The notes under the pieces are model-generated. The model was not told where the DNA came from, searched no databases, and was given only the letters and a program-made list of their open reading frames with translations. 64,000 nt of DNA from assembly GCF_009914755.1 (NCBI RefSeq), contig NC_060934.1. One strand, written 5' to 3'. This DNA comes from the human T2T-CHM13v2.0 reference genome, Homo sapiens. Numbering within the stretch: the first letter of the stretch is position 1; each line of letters starts with the position of its first letter. Shown here in pieces: positions 1 through 14,423 of this stretch. The position numbers and the translations under genes are program-made.

Positions 1-304
1 AATGCTGTTATCTGTCCTGACAAGAGCAGAGGGAAGAGTGTATGTTTGAACCATCTTTATATTAACAGCACAATAAAATTCACGGCTTATAGTTTCCAAA
101 ATATTGCCATGCTCATTCTATGAACTGATTCCATAAACAAGTCTGTTGCTACCTACTTCCTCATACCTCTAGCTCCACCGCTGGCTCTTCCCCTCCTTTC
201 CTAGGCCAGGCCCATTTCTCTCCAACTGTTCTTACAGTTGTGACCTCCTTCCCCAACTCCATCCATTTTCTCATTGCAGCCAGGGTGACTTCCCAACATG
301 CAAT

Positions 305-413
305 AACTCTGTCTCCTGTATGGCCCGCCTCGTGTTAATACAGCTCTCTACTACAATACAGTGAATCAGTTTTTTCTGTGCGGCAGGCAGGAAGAACCTG
401 TTGGGCAATTACA
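305..413 (+). mobile_element. ERV1 (MER4-group, LTR8/MER50-like) LTR 3' end fragment inside an L2 remnant
   Basis: Ends ...gcaggcaggaagaacctgttgggcaattaca, typical of MER4-group LTR termini; L2-like sequence on both sides (L2 3' end at about 414-470). Confidence 0.5.
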
Positions 414-502
414 GTGCCAGGTACACAGTTGGTGCTTAATATATACTTATTGAACAAAAGGGTGCATGAATTAATATATAAATATGTCAAAAATAGCTTC
501 CT

Positions 503-808
503 GGCTGGGCATGGTGGCTCACGCCTGTAATCCCTGCACTTTGGGAGGCTGAGGTGGGCAGATCACCTGAGGTCAGGAATTTGAGACCAGCCTGGCTAAT
601 ATAGTGAAACCCCATCTCTACTAAAAATACAAAAATTAGCTGGGCATGGTGGTGGGTGCCTGTAATCCTAGCTACTCAGGAGGCTGAGGCAGGAGAATTG
701 CTTGAACCCAGGAGGCGGAGGTTGCAGTGAACCGAGGTCACGCCACTACACTCCAGCTTGGGCAACAAAGCAAGACTCTATCTCCAAAAAAAAACAAAAA
801 ACAAAAAA
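503..808 (+). mobile_element. AluS
   Basis: Full dimer ggctgggcatggtggctcacgcctgtaatc..., A-tail, TSD aaaaa(t/a)agcttcct. Confidence 0.95.
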
Positions 809-1055
809 AAGCTTCCTGAGGTGAGCAAAGAAAATGCTATGATTTCTAGTCTACTAACCCACAACCAGCAGACCAGGGGTTTTGCTGAATGTCACGCAAC
901 TTCTATGAACAGGAGAAGCCTTAGAACCCAAGATTTAAACCTCTTAAGATTGGTGAGTTTCCTTCCACATCTTCTTAGATCAGAGCAACATTTACTTCCA
1001 CTTTTCTACCTTGGATGTATGTTTCTCCCAGAGTAAAAGAAGGACACTGGAAATA

Positions 1056-2173
<1,118 letters not shown>

Positions 2174-3095
2174 AGAATATCCTTCCACCACAACCACCAC
2201 TATAGACTTGATGTGACGAGGGCCCTTCCCAGTGATGAGAGGAGGACTCAGGTCTATAAGAGAAATGGGTTTCACAGGAGGCACAGCAGGACTTGGTGAT
2301 GAGCTGCAGGTGCAGAGCTGAAGGACAGGGAAGGTCTCCGTTGTCTGTCAGGCTGCAAGCTCTGTGACAGCAGGAACTGAGTCATTTCTACTGACCATTG
2401 CATTCCCAGTACCTGGCCCAGGCCCACTGCATAAGGGGCACTCAATATATATTTTCCAATGAAGAAGTGATTAAGTAGAGATTATGGATGAGAGGGGTCC
2501 CAGAGGGCTCTTATGTTCTAAATATGTGTAATGGGAAAAATGGTGGTGCTATTTACTGGGAAGTAGAATCTGGGACTGGAATTGAAATGGAGCTGGCTTT
2601 GGAGGAGAAATGACAAGGTACACGTAAGACTTAATCTGGTGATGTCAGTTTATCTGTGTAACCAGGACTTCTAGTCTCCAAACAAGGTAGACAAGAGGGA
2701 GATAACAAGTGAAAGAATAGAATAATCAGAGTAACACTTGAATGAAAGTCAGGAAACCCAAGTTTCATTTCTGTCTTAGCCACCAATTTACTTCACTTTT
2801 CTGGATGTTTGCTCATCTATACAATAAGAAGGTTATATCAAACAGGTGCTAAGGACCACTTTAGGACTAGAATTCTAGATTGTAGAGGATTCTATGCTAG
2901 GCCGGGCTATGGTGAGTGATGCTCAAGATGAACCTTCAGAAGTAGGTGATGGATGAGTTAGACAGGTGAGTGTAATGGTGACCAATAGCAAGCTCAAACT
3001 CACACATGGTGGGACCATGGACAGTTCCCTCCCCTGGCTGTTTCTTCTAGGCAGAGAGCATCATGGAAGCCCTGAAGGCTACAGATCATCTAGGC

Positions 3096-3270
3096 CAGGA
3101 TTTTTCCATAAAGTATGTTCTAGAGGTGAGGTGTTAATGGATGTTTATACACACTTAAATGAGGTTCTATGCTCAAATACATTGAAAAACACTATGTTAA
3201 AAGGCTTCTTTTTACTGGACTTTAAAAATAGCCCTTAATATGCTCATTTTCCCTCTAGGATGCTGATATA
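3096..3270. mobile_element. MER103-like hAT-Charlie relic
   Basis: ggttctatgctcaaatacattgaaaaacactatgttaaa...ctttttactggac...ccttaatatgct resembles recalled MER103C. Confidence 0.45.
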
Positions 3271-4361
3271 CTGGATACACTTCCTTTAAAAAAATGAAAG
3301 ATATTGTAATCAGGCAAATCTCAGCATGCAGGATGGGGCAGCTGACTCCCCGCAGGCTTGCTGAGAGCCCTTGATGACTCTTGTCAGTGCAGTGAGATGG
3401 CTCTTGGTGGAGTCACTGAGGATGAAGATCAGGAGAGAAAACCACATACTGTCTCCTGGAGACCAAGCTCCTCTCAAAGGCTAAAGGAAGCTTCCGTCAT
3501 TCTGGTGTGCACATCTGCCCCTGTATCCCAAGAAGAGATCTGAGCACGTGGGTGTTCCGGCTTCCAAACATACTGGGCTCCCACTGGTGAGATGATATTA
3601 GCTACTTACTTATATTCACCTCCACACCCATGTCCTTCTCACTGCCAAACTGCCTCTTTGCTCATTTCTGGTTCTGTGGGCATTTGTATTTTTGTAGCAT
3701 GAAGTAATGAGGACTCTGAGGACTTCCACTTTCCAGAGCCAGGATTAATTTAAAAGTTTTGTCAGCAGGCAGCAAATTCCAAAGGTTACTGTCCACTTGC
3801 ATTCAGCTGGAGGCATGCTCAGAAAGCATTCTTTTGTGCCTTTAGCATGTGTGGCAGGGGCGCTGGTTGAGGCTGGACATTTACTTGCTGTTTGATTGCT
3901 GACTGTGTCACTGGTTCCTGATGATTTTTGGCATGGGATAAATGCTGTTAGTCAGAAGCAAAACTTCCTCTGTGAGAGCTATTTGTTAAATCCAATCAAC
4001 AAGCATTGGTCAGGCACTTATTGAAGTGGATCCCTGCTAATTTGTCCCTCTCCCACTGTATGCAATTCCAATAGCTACTTATCATAATTCCCATAGAACT
4101 CTGAGAGGGGAGAAAGCCTATGGATACAAGATTTTCTCTCTGAAAGTGAAAATTGCATTTTTAGAGACAAGCAGCTGTGACATCCTGGGTGGGACACAGA
4201 GGGTGGGTGGAGGACTGAGAGAGGAAATGATATGCATGCCCTGAAATGGTGTCTGATGTTGCTCCCGAATAGTGAGAGGATTTGTATTAGACATGGCTCC
4301 TACTCACAAACTGTGGTCTCCCTGACGTGATAGCATTGTCTGGTTCATCTGTGTCCCCTAG

Positions 4362-4704
<343 letters not shown>

Positions 4705-4938
4705 TGGAGGTCAACAAATATTTAAAGCACCTATAGCTAAACCAACAGTTAGTAATTACCACTCCTCACATAGTCTATGCCAGGCCCAGTGCTGATGATG
4801 TGCATATTAAGCACACCTCCTCCTTGATTTTCATCATGACCCTAAGCAGTAGATATTGGCATCATTCTTTCTGTGATACAAGTTAGGAAAGAAGGTCCAA
4901 GAGACCTGATGTCACCTGCTGGGGATGCAACAGCTGTA

Positions 4939-4986
4939 GACCTCGTGATCCGCCCGCCTCGGCCTCCCAAAGTGCTGGGATTACAG
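4939..4986 (-). mobile_element. Isolated 48-bp internal AluY-type fragment within a MIR
   Basis: gacctcgtgatccgcccgcctcggcctcccaaagtgctgggattacag; no tail, no TSD. Confidence 0.9.
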
Positions 4987-6834
4987 AGCCTGAGCAGAGC
5001 CCAGGTGTCTGAGCACAGCCCAGGTCTCTGAGCACAAGGTATGTGCTCTGGACCACAGGCTTTAGGGAGGGAAGGGGAGCAGGAAATGTCGACACATAGG
5101 GTTGGGGGCAGGGGTAAGTCTCTCCCTCAACCTAGGTTAGAGGTCACTAGCAGGAACACAATGGCCAGTGGGAATTTCTGTCATGAGGCATACATCTGAC
5201 TGAGTCCCTGTCCTCAGCCTGCCTTCCTGCCCCTTTGCAGACTGTCTGCTCATCCTGGGTCCCTTGGGCATGCTGCACACCTTTCCCCACGTGATATTCG
5301 TGCTTAGGCAGCCGAGGCTGTGAGACACAGTGTAGTGTTACACTCTGCCTTGATTTGTCACAGGAGATAGTGTCCCTTCTGGAGCTCAGGGGCAAGATCT
5401 TCCCAGAAGGAAAGCTATCAACCACATGCCTGTTGGAAATACTGATGAATGTGTTCATTCAACTTTGATGTAGTATTTTTAAAAGTCAATTATTTTCAGC
5501 AGTGAATATCAAAGCAAAATTTAACAAAGCTAAGATTGCTACATTCAGCTTTAATACTTGTCAGCTGGCGAATATCTCTTTAATTACACAAGCACAAATC
5601 CAGCAACTCATTTTACTCTGCTGAAAATACAATAATGACAATCAAAAAATTCTCACTTCCATTTTCACTGAGTTTATATGAGGGTATGAGGTCATTCAAA
5701 CTTTGCCAAAAGATGTACGTACTGTCGATGGGTCCCCCTGCCTTTGAGAAATGTCCTCCCAATTGTCTTTCAGTTATTATTTTCACTAAAACTTTTAGTT
5801 TCACTTTTAGTTTCATCAAACAAAATAATCTTAAATAAAAAGTTTTATTTTAGTTCTATTAAAACTTTAGTTCATTAGAACTTTTAATTAAGGAATTCCC
5901 TTCCACAGGGGAAAAAGTAGTCAAAAATGATAACTAAAGCCCAAAAGATGTAACAATAAAATGATTACCTGGAACGATCCTCTTGTAGGTAAGTCTAAGA
6001 TATAATGTGGATTTTTCTTCTCTTTTAGAAGGAGTTGGCCACAGCATACCAATGTGAAGTGTTGAGTTTTTCTTAAGTTTTATTTAAATTTTAATTCATA
6101 AATAACAATCGTACATATTTATGTGGGTACAATGTGATGTTTCAATACATGTGTACATTTTGTAATGATCAATCTGGGTAATTAACATATTTGTCCCCTC
6201 AAACATTTATCATTGCTTTGTGGCAAGAATGTTCAAAGTCCTCTTTTCTAGCTCTTTTGAATTATACACTATATTATCATTAACTGTAGTCCCTTTACTG
6301 TGCAATAGAACACTAGAATTCTTCCTCCCATCCAACTGTAACTTTGTATCTGTTAACTAACATCTTCCTTCTCTCCCTCCACCTCCATCTCCATCCTCTG
6401 GTAAGCACCATTGTACTCCTCTCTTTCTACAAGATCAACTTTTTTAGATTCCATGTTTAAGTGAGATCATGTGGTATTTGTCTCTCTGTGCCTAGTTTAT
6501 GTCACTTAACATAATGTCCTCTAGGTTCATTCAAGTTTTAGCAAGTTACAGGATTTTATTCATTTTTGTGACTGAGTAGTATTCCATTGTGTTTATATAC
6601 CAGATTTTTAAATCCGTTCATCCTTTGTTTCCTAAGTGTCCATCAACAGATGAATAGATCAAAAATGGTTGAATCTTGGCTATTGTTAATAATGCATTAG
6701 AGTGCAGACATCTCTTATGCAGAATGATTTCAATTCCTTTGCATGTATACCCAGAAGAGTGATTGCTGGATCACATGGTAATTCTATTTTTAGTATTTTA
6801 AGAACTCCCCATACTATTTTCCAAAATCTCCTAA

Positions 6835-7142
<308 letters not shown>

Positions 7143-7374
7143 TGAATTTATAAGAAAACCAACAATGTGTAAGTGTCTCCTTTTCTTCACATTCTCAACA
7201 CTTGTTATCTTTCATCTTTTTGATAATAGCCAATCTAACAGATATTATGTAAAATCTTATTATGGTTTTAATTTGCAATTCTCTTATGATAAATGATGTT
7301 GAGCATTTTTTTTTGTATATCTGTTGTCCATTCTTTTGAGAAATGTCTACTCAAGTCCTTTGCTCATTAAAAAA

Positions 7375-7743
7375 ATTTACATTTGAGGGTACATGTACAG
7401 ATTTGTTACATGAATATATTGCATAATGCTGGAGTTTGAGAGTTAGTCAATGCAGAGCCTAACAGGTAGTTTTCCAACTCTTTCCCCACCCTTTTGGAGT
7501 CCCCAGTGTTTATTGTTTCCATTTTTATGTCCGTGTGTGCCCATTGTTTAGCTCCCACTTGTAAGTAAGAATAAGTGATATTTGATTTTCTGTTTCTGCA
7601 TTAATTCACTTGAAATAATGGCCACCAGCTGCATCCATGGTGCTGCATAGAACATGATTTTATTCTTTCTATGGCTGTATGGTATTCCGTGGTACATATG
7701 TACCACATTTTCTTTATCTAATCTACTGTTGATGGGCATCTAG
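7375..7743 (-). mobile_element. L1PA13-16-type 3' fragment nested in the L1MA
   Basis: gggtacatgtacagatttgttacatg...ttagctcccacttgtaag; ORF 7548..7739 resembles the ORF2 C-terminus (WMQLVAIISSELMQKQKIKY). Confidence 0.75.
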
Positions 7744-9291
7744 TTTTGTTTTCTTGTTATTGAGTAGTTTAAGTTCCTTGTACATTTCAGGTATTAGCTT
7801 CTTGTCCAGAGAATAATTTGCAAATACCTTCTCCCATTCTGTGGATTGTCTCTTCACTCTGTTGATTGTATCCTTTTCTGTGCAGAAGCTTTTTAGTTTG
7901 TTGTATCCCCATTTGTCTATTTTTGGTTTTGTTGCCTGTGCTTTCGAGGTCTTACCCAAAAAGTCTTTGCCCAGACCTATGTCATGGAGATTTTTCCCTG
8001 TTTTCTTCTAGAAGTTTCATAGTTTAGTATCTTACATTTAACTCCTTAATTAATAGAGTAAAATATAAGGGTCTGATTTCATTCTTCTACATGTGGATAT
8101 CCAATATTTCCATTACAATTTATCAAAAACTTTCCTTTCTCTGTTGTGTGTTCTTGGCACCTTTGTCAAAAATCAGTTGGCTGTAGATGCATAGGTTTAT
8201 TTCTGGGTCTTCTATTCAAGTCCATTGGTCTATTTGTCTGTTTAAATGCCACTACCATGCTATTTGGATTACTATAGCTTTGTAGTATATTTTGAAGTCA
8301 AGTAGTTTGATGCCTACAGTTTTGTTCTTTCAAAATTTCTTTGACTTTGACTTTTCAGGACATTTTGAGGTTCCACAAAGTTTTGGATTATTTTTTCTAT
8401 TTCTGTGAAGAAAGTTATTGGTATTTTAATAGGAATTGCATTGAATCTGGAGGTTTTGGGGAGCACCATGGATATTTTAACAATATTGACTTACCTAATC
8501 TGTAAACTTGACACATCTTTCCATTTATTTGTCTTCTTCACTTTCTTTCTTCAATGTTTAATAGTTTTGAGTGTAGAGATCTTTCACCTCGTTGGATAAA
8601 CTTATTCCTAAGCATTTTTTGGTAGCTATTATAAATAAAATTGCTTTCTTGATTTCTTTTTTAGATTGTATGCTATTAGTGTATAGAAATGCTACTGAAT
8701 TTGTATGTTAATTTTGTATCCTGTAACTTTACTAAATTTGTTCATTAGTGCTAGTAGGTTTTCAGTGGAGTCTTTAGGGTTTTCTATATATAAGATTATG
8801 TCATCTGCAAACATGGAAAATTAACTTCATCCTTTCCAATCTCTCATGCCTTTCCATCTCTCATACCTAAGAGAAAGAAATAAAAGGCATTTCTCTTGCT
8901 CTGGCTAAGACTTCCAGTACTATGTTAAATAGAAGTGATAAAAGTAGACATTCTTGTTTTGTTCTAGATCTTAGAGGAAAAGCTTATAGCTTGTCTCCAT
9001 TCAGTATGATATTGGCTGTGGGGTTGCCATTTATGATCTTTATTGTATTGAGGTACATTCTTTCTATATCTAATTTGATTAGAGTTTTTATCATGAAGGA
9101 TGTTGAGTTTTGCCAAATGCTCTTTCTGCATCTATTGAAATAATCATATGGTTTTTCTTCTTCATTCTCTTAATGTGGTGTATCATTTATAGATTTGCAT
9201 ATGTTGAAATAGCTTTGCATCCATTGGATGAATCCTATTTGGTCATGGAAAATGATCTTTTTAATGTGCTTTGGGATTTGGTTTGCTTGTA

Positions 9292-9628
9292 GAGTCATGC
9301 ATTGCATAATAATGTTCCAGTTCGTGATAGACTACAAATATGACAGTGGTCCCATAAGATTATAATACCATATTTTTACTGTACCTTTTTATGTTTAGAT
9401 ACACAAATACATACCATTGTGTTACAGTTACCTACAGTGTTTATGACAGCAACATTCTTTGCATATTTGTCACCTAGGTGCAGTGGACTATATCGTGTAG
9501 CCTAAATATGTAGTGAGTTATACCATCTAGGTGTGTTTAAGTACACTCTATGATGTTCGCATGACAATGAAATCATCGAACTACATATTTCTTAGAATAC
9601 GTCCTTGTTCTTAAGGGATGCATGACTG
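9292..9628 (+). mobile_element. Tigger3a (MER7A) MITE nested in L1
   Basis: TIRs (g)agtcatgcat / atgcatgactg, TA duplication, internal ggtcccataagattataatacc. Confidence 0.88.
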
Positions 9629-10884
9629 TATTTTGTTGAAAATGTTTGCATTTATGTTCATCAGGGATATTGGCCAATAGTTTTCTTGTATTATTGTGTC
9701 CTTGTTAGGTTTTAGTATCGAGGTAATGCTGGCCTCATAGAATGAGTTTGAAAGTATTCATTCATCTTTAATCTTCTGAAATAGTGTGAGAAGAATTGTA
9801 TTAGTTTTACTTGAAACGTTTTATAGACTTCAGCAGTGAATTCAGAATTCTATCAGGTCCTGGGCCTTTCTTTGATGGAAGACTTTTTATCACTGATTCA
9901 GTCTCATTATGCATTGTTAGCCTATTCAGACTTTCTATTTCTTCATGATTCAATCTTGGGAGGTTGCATGGGTCCAAAAGTTTATCCACTCCTAGGTTAT
10001 CCAATTTGTTGGTATATAATTGTTCATAATAGTCTCTTATTATCCTTTGAATTGCTATGGTATTAGTTGTAATGTTTCCTTTTTATCTCTGATTTTATTT
10101 ATTTGAGACTTCTCTCTTTTTTCTTAGTTATTTAGACTAAAGTTTGCCAATTTTGTATTTGCAAATAACAAATTCTTCATTTCATTTATCTTTTGTGTAA
10201 TTTTTCATCTGTTTTATTTATATCTGCTCATATCTTCATTTTTTCACTTTTTCTCTTAATTTTGGGTTTAGTTTTTTCTAGCTTTTTGAAGTACAATGTT
10301 AGGTTGTTTATTTGAAATCTCTTTTTTTTATTGATATCGGCATTTATTGCTATAAGCTTCCCTCCTAGAACTGCTTTTACTGTATCTTACAGGTTTTGGT
10401 ATGTTGTGTTTCCATTTTCATTTGTTTGAAGACATTTTTAAATTTCCCTTTTAATTTCTTCATTGTCCCATTGGCTGCTCAAGAGCATATTGTTTAATTT
10501 TCTTGTATTCATAACATTTCTAAAGTTCTCCCCTGTTATTAATTTCTAGTTTTATACTATTGTGGACAAAAAGAAAATAAATGATATGATTTCAGTCTTC
10601 TTAAATTTGTTAAGACTTGTTTTGTGGCCTAACATATAATCTATGCTGGATAATGTTCCACGTGCAGTTGGGAAAAATGTATATTCCGCAGCTGTTGAAT
10701 AGAATGCTCTATAAATATCTGTTAAGTCCATTGCGTCTAGATTGCAGTTTAAATCCAATGTTTTTTTGTTAATTTTCTGTCTGGATGATCAATCCATTGC
10801 TGCAAGTGGGGTGTTGATGTCTACTGCTATTGTTATATTTCAATCAGCCTATCCTTTCAAATCTGTTAGTATTTGCTTTATATA

Positions 10885-11078
10885 TAGACTGTTCCTGATC
10901 TACGATGATATGACTTAACAATTTTTTGACATTATGATGGTGTGAAAGTGATTCACATTCAGTACACTCCTTGACTAATGATGGAAAGTATTGTAAGTAA
11001 AAAACACACTTTCAGCTTACAGTATTTCCAGTGTATGATGGTTTTATTGTAACCCCATTGTAAGCTGAGAAGCATTTG
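10885..11078. mobile_element. Tigger4a (MER46A)-like MITE nested in L1
   Basis: tagactgttcctgatctacgatg...ccccattgtaagctgagaagcatttg flanked by TA. Confidence 0.75.
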
Positions 11079-12263
11079 TATTTAGGTCCTCTGATGTTGG
11101 ATAGACATATATTTACAATTAGTATATTCTCTTGCTGAAATGACTCCTTTTATTATTATGCGATGACCTTCTTTATCTCTTTTTACAGTTTTTAATTTGA
11201 ATTCTATTTTATCTGATGTAAATATAGCTACTTCTGCTCTTTTTTGGTTTTCATTTGCATGGAAGATCTTTTTCCATCTCTTCACTTTCAGTCTGTGTGT
11301 TCCGACAGGTGAAGTAAGTCTCTTGTAGGCAGCATATATTTGGGTCTTGTTTATTTATCCATTAGCCACTTTATGTCTTTTATTTGGAGAATTTAATCCA
11401 TTTATATTCAAAGTAATTATTGTTATGTAAGGACTTACTAGTATCATTTTGTTCATTGCTTTCTAGTTGTCTTGTAAATCTTTTCTTTCTTCCTCTCTTA
11501 CTATTCTCCTTTGTGGTTAAGTGATTTTCTCTATTATCATGTTTTGATTTCTTACCTTTTACTTTTAGTTTATCTATTGTAGGTTTTTCTTTTGTGGTTA
11601 TAATGAGGCTTACAAAAACCCTCATATAGATATAACAGGTTATTGTAAGCTGATATGAAATTAACTTTGAGTGCCATAAAAAAGTCTACGTTTAACCCCA
11701 CCCACTGCATTTTGATCTTTTACTGACACAATTTCCATCTCTTTATACTGTATACCACTTAACAAATCATTTTAGTTTTAAAAATATTTATATCTTTTAA
11801 CCTTCATACTAAAGGTATAAGTAATTTAAACATCATTGTTACAGTATTAGAGTATTCTAAATTTGACCATATAATTATAGGTACCAGTTAGTTTTATACT
11901 TTCAAATGTTTTTTGTATTATGCATTAGTATGCTTTTCTTTCAGCTTGAAGAACTCCCTTTAACATTTCTTGCAAGACACATCCTGTGGTGATGAACTTA
12001 CTCAGATTTTGCTTGTCTGGGAAAAATCTTTCTTTCTCCTTCATTTCTGAAGAACAGCTTTGATGGATAAAGTATTCTTGGTTTGAAGTTTTGCTTTTTT
12101 ATTTTGTCTTCAGCACTTTGAAAATATTATTCTATTTTCTCCTGGCCTGTAATATTTCTGCTAAGAAATTTGCTGATAGTCACATTGATACTCTTTTGTA
12201 TATGATACGCTTCTTCTCTGTTGCTGCTTTCAGAACATATCAGATTTTTTTCTTTGAGTTTGA

Positions 12264-12549
<286 letters not shown>

Positions 12550-14423
12550 TGATTTTTTTAATTTTTATTTTTTTTATTGTATGTCTTGGTACACTGGTCT
12601 TTTGGTTGAATTTGATTGGAGACTTCTGCTTCTCATTTCTGGGCATTGGCATCTATCCCTCAATTATGGAAATTTCCATCCATTATTTCTCTAAATATGC
12701 TTTATGGCAATTTTCCTCTTTCTTCTCTTTCTGAAACTCCTATTACACACAGGTTTGGTCTCTTGATGTTGTCCCATAATTTCCATAGGCTTTACTCATT
12801 CTTTTGTCTGTTTACTCCTCCGACTGGATAATTTCAAATGTTCTGTTTCCCTGCTCGCAAATTCTTTCTTCTGCTAGATTGAGTCTACTGTAGAAGTTTT
12901 CTATTAAATTTTTCAGTTCAGTCATTGTTTTCCTTATCTCCAGGATTTCTACCTGGTTCTTTTTTATTGTTCCTATTTCTTTGTGAATCTTCCCACTCTT
13001 TTGCATATTATTTTCCAAATCTCACTAACTCTTCTTTCTGTATATTCTTGTAGTTTACTGAACTTCTTTATGAATATTATTCTGAATTCTTTGTCAGTCA
13101 TTTCATAGATCTTTATTTGGGGAAGCATCCATTATTGCAGCTTTTTAAGTTTCTTTTGGAGGTGGCATGATTCTCTGATTCTTTGTAATCCTTGTGCCCT
13201 TGTGTTATTGTCTGTGCATTTGAGGAAACAGGCCCCTCTTCTGACATTTACAGATGTCCTTTGGCCAGGATAGAGCTTCCCTACTTAGTCTAGCCTGTGA
13301 TTATTGGAAGGGCCTGCTGATGATGACCCCAGACAGGCAGAACTTGTTGTGGGTTCTCTAGATGGCTGGGCCACTGCCTTTGCTCTGATGTCAAATGGAG
13401 CTACTGGCTGGGTTCCAATGACCAGTGAGACCACCCACTGGCTCTACTATCAGGCAGAGCTGCTGGCTGGGTACCGTGATGGCCTCTAGCCAGGCCTGTC
13501 ACAAGATGTATTTCCTGGCTCAGCAATTCCAGTATTTGGGATCTTCAGTTGGACAGGGCTGGAGGTTGGGCTTCAGGCTTAGAAAGGATCACTTCTCTGG
13601 ACAGGCAGAACCTGGGGTTATGTTTCTTTGAGATATGCAGTTGAGGATTGTGTCTTTGTCTATGTGGAGCTGTGGGGTGGGCTTTTGACTGAGTTGAGTA
13701 GCTGTTTGACCTCCTGGATCAAGCATGACTGGCCTCTACATTTCTTAAAAATGCATGGAAGTAGGAATTTCCCTATCTACATCAGGTTGTTGAGCCAGGT
13801 TTTTGGCTGTGTTGAGCCACTGCTTATCTTTCCAGGTCAAGCCATTCTAGGCTCTCTGCTTCTCTGAAATCCATGAAGTTGGGAATCTCCCTACGTGGAT
13901 GGGGTCACTGGGGTGGGTTATGAGGCTGAGTGGGAAAACTAGCAGAGTAGGGGCTCCAGCAGGATTGTGCTTCCTACCATGCTTCTGCAGACAAGTTGCT
14001 CAGCTCTATGGGGTACACTGTGAGGTGGGCTGATACCTTTTATCAAGTGCTACATCTGGCAGAAACACAGAGGTACCACCAAGATCCATGTGCTGGTCAC
14101 TTTCATTGTTTCTACCTGACCCCTGAGCAATCAAGCCATGCTTTCCCTAGTGTTTCCCATGAGGTGAGAGGACAGTGGACTTCCTGGGAAGTGCCTCAGA
14201 ATTCTAGGGAGGCTAGATGACTGCCTCTGGTTCTCCTTTCCCTTTGTAGAAATTATGAGCCCAGGGAAATTCTCTCCATCTGGCATTGTGCTGACTTTAG
14301 GGAGGGGGCAGGAGTGGCATGGTCACAGTGAACTCACCCTTCTAATTTGAATTTGCTCAATTCTGCCTATGATGTGGATGTCTCAGGCTTTTTTCCAGAT
14401 TGAGGTTGAGGTTTTCAAAAGGA

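Noticed and set aside
5989-6028. Strong donor followed by an acceptor 40 nt later (similar ~29-nt case at 50663-50691)
   Set aside because: Too short for a spliceosomal intron, and no coherent exon chain.
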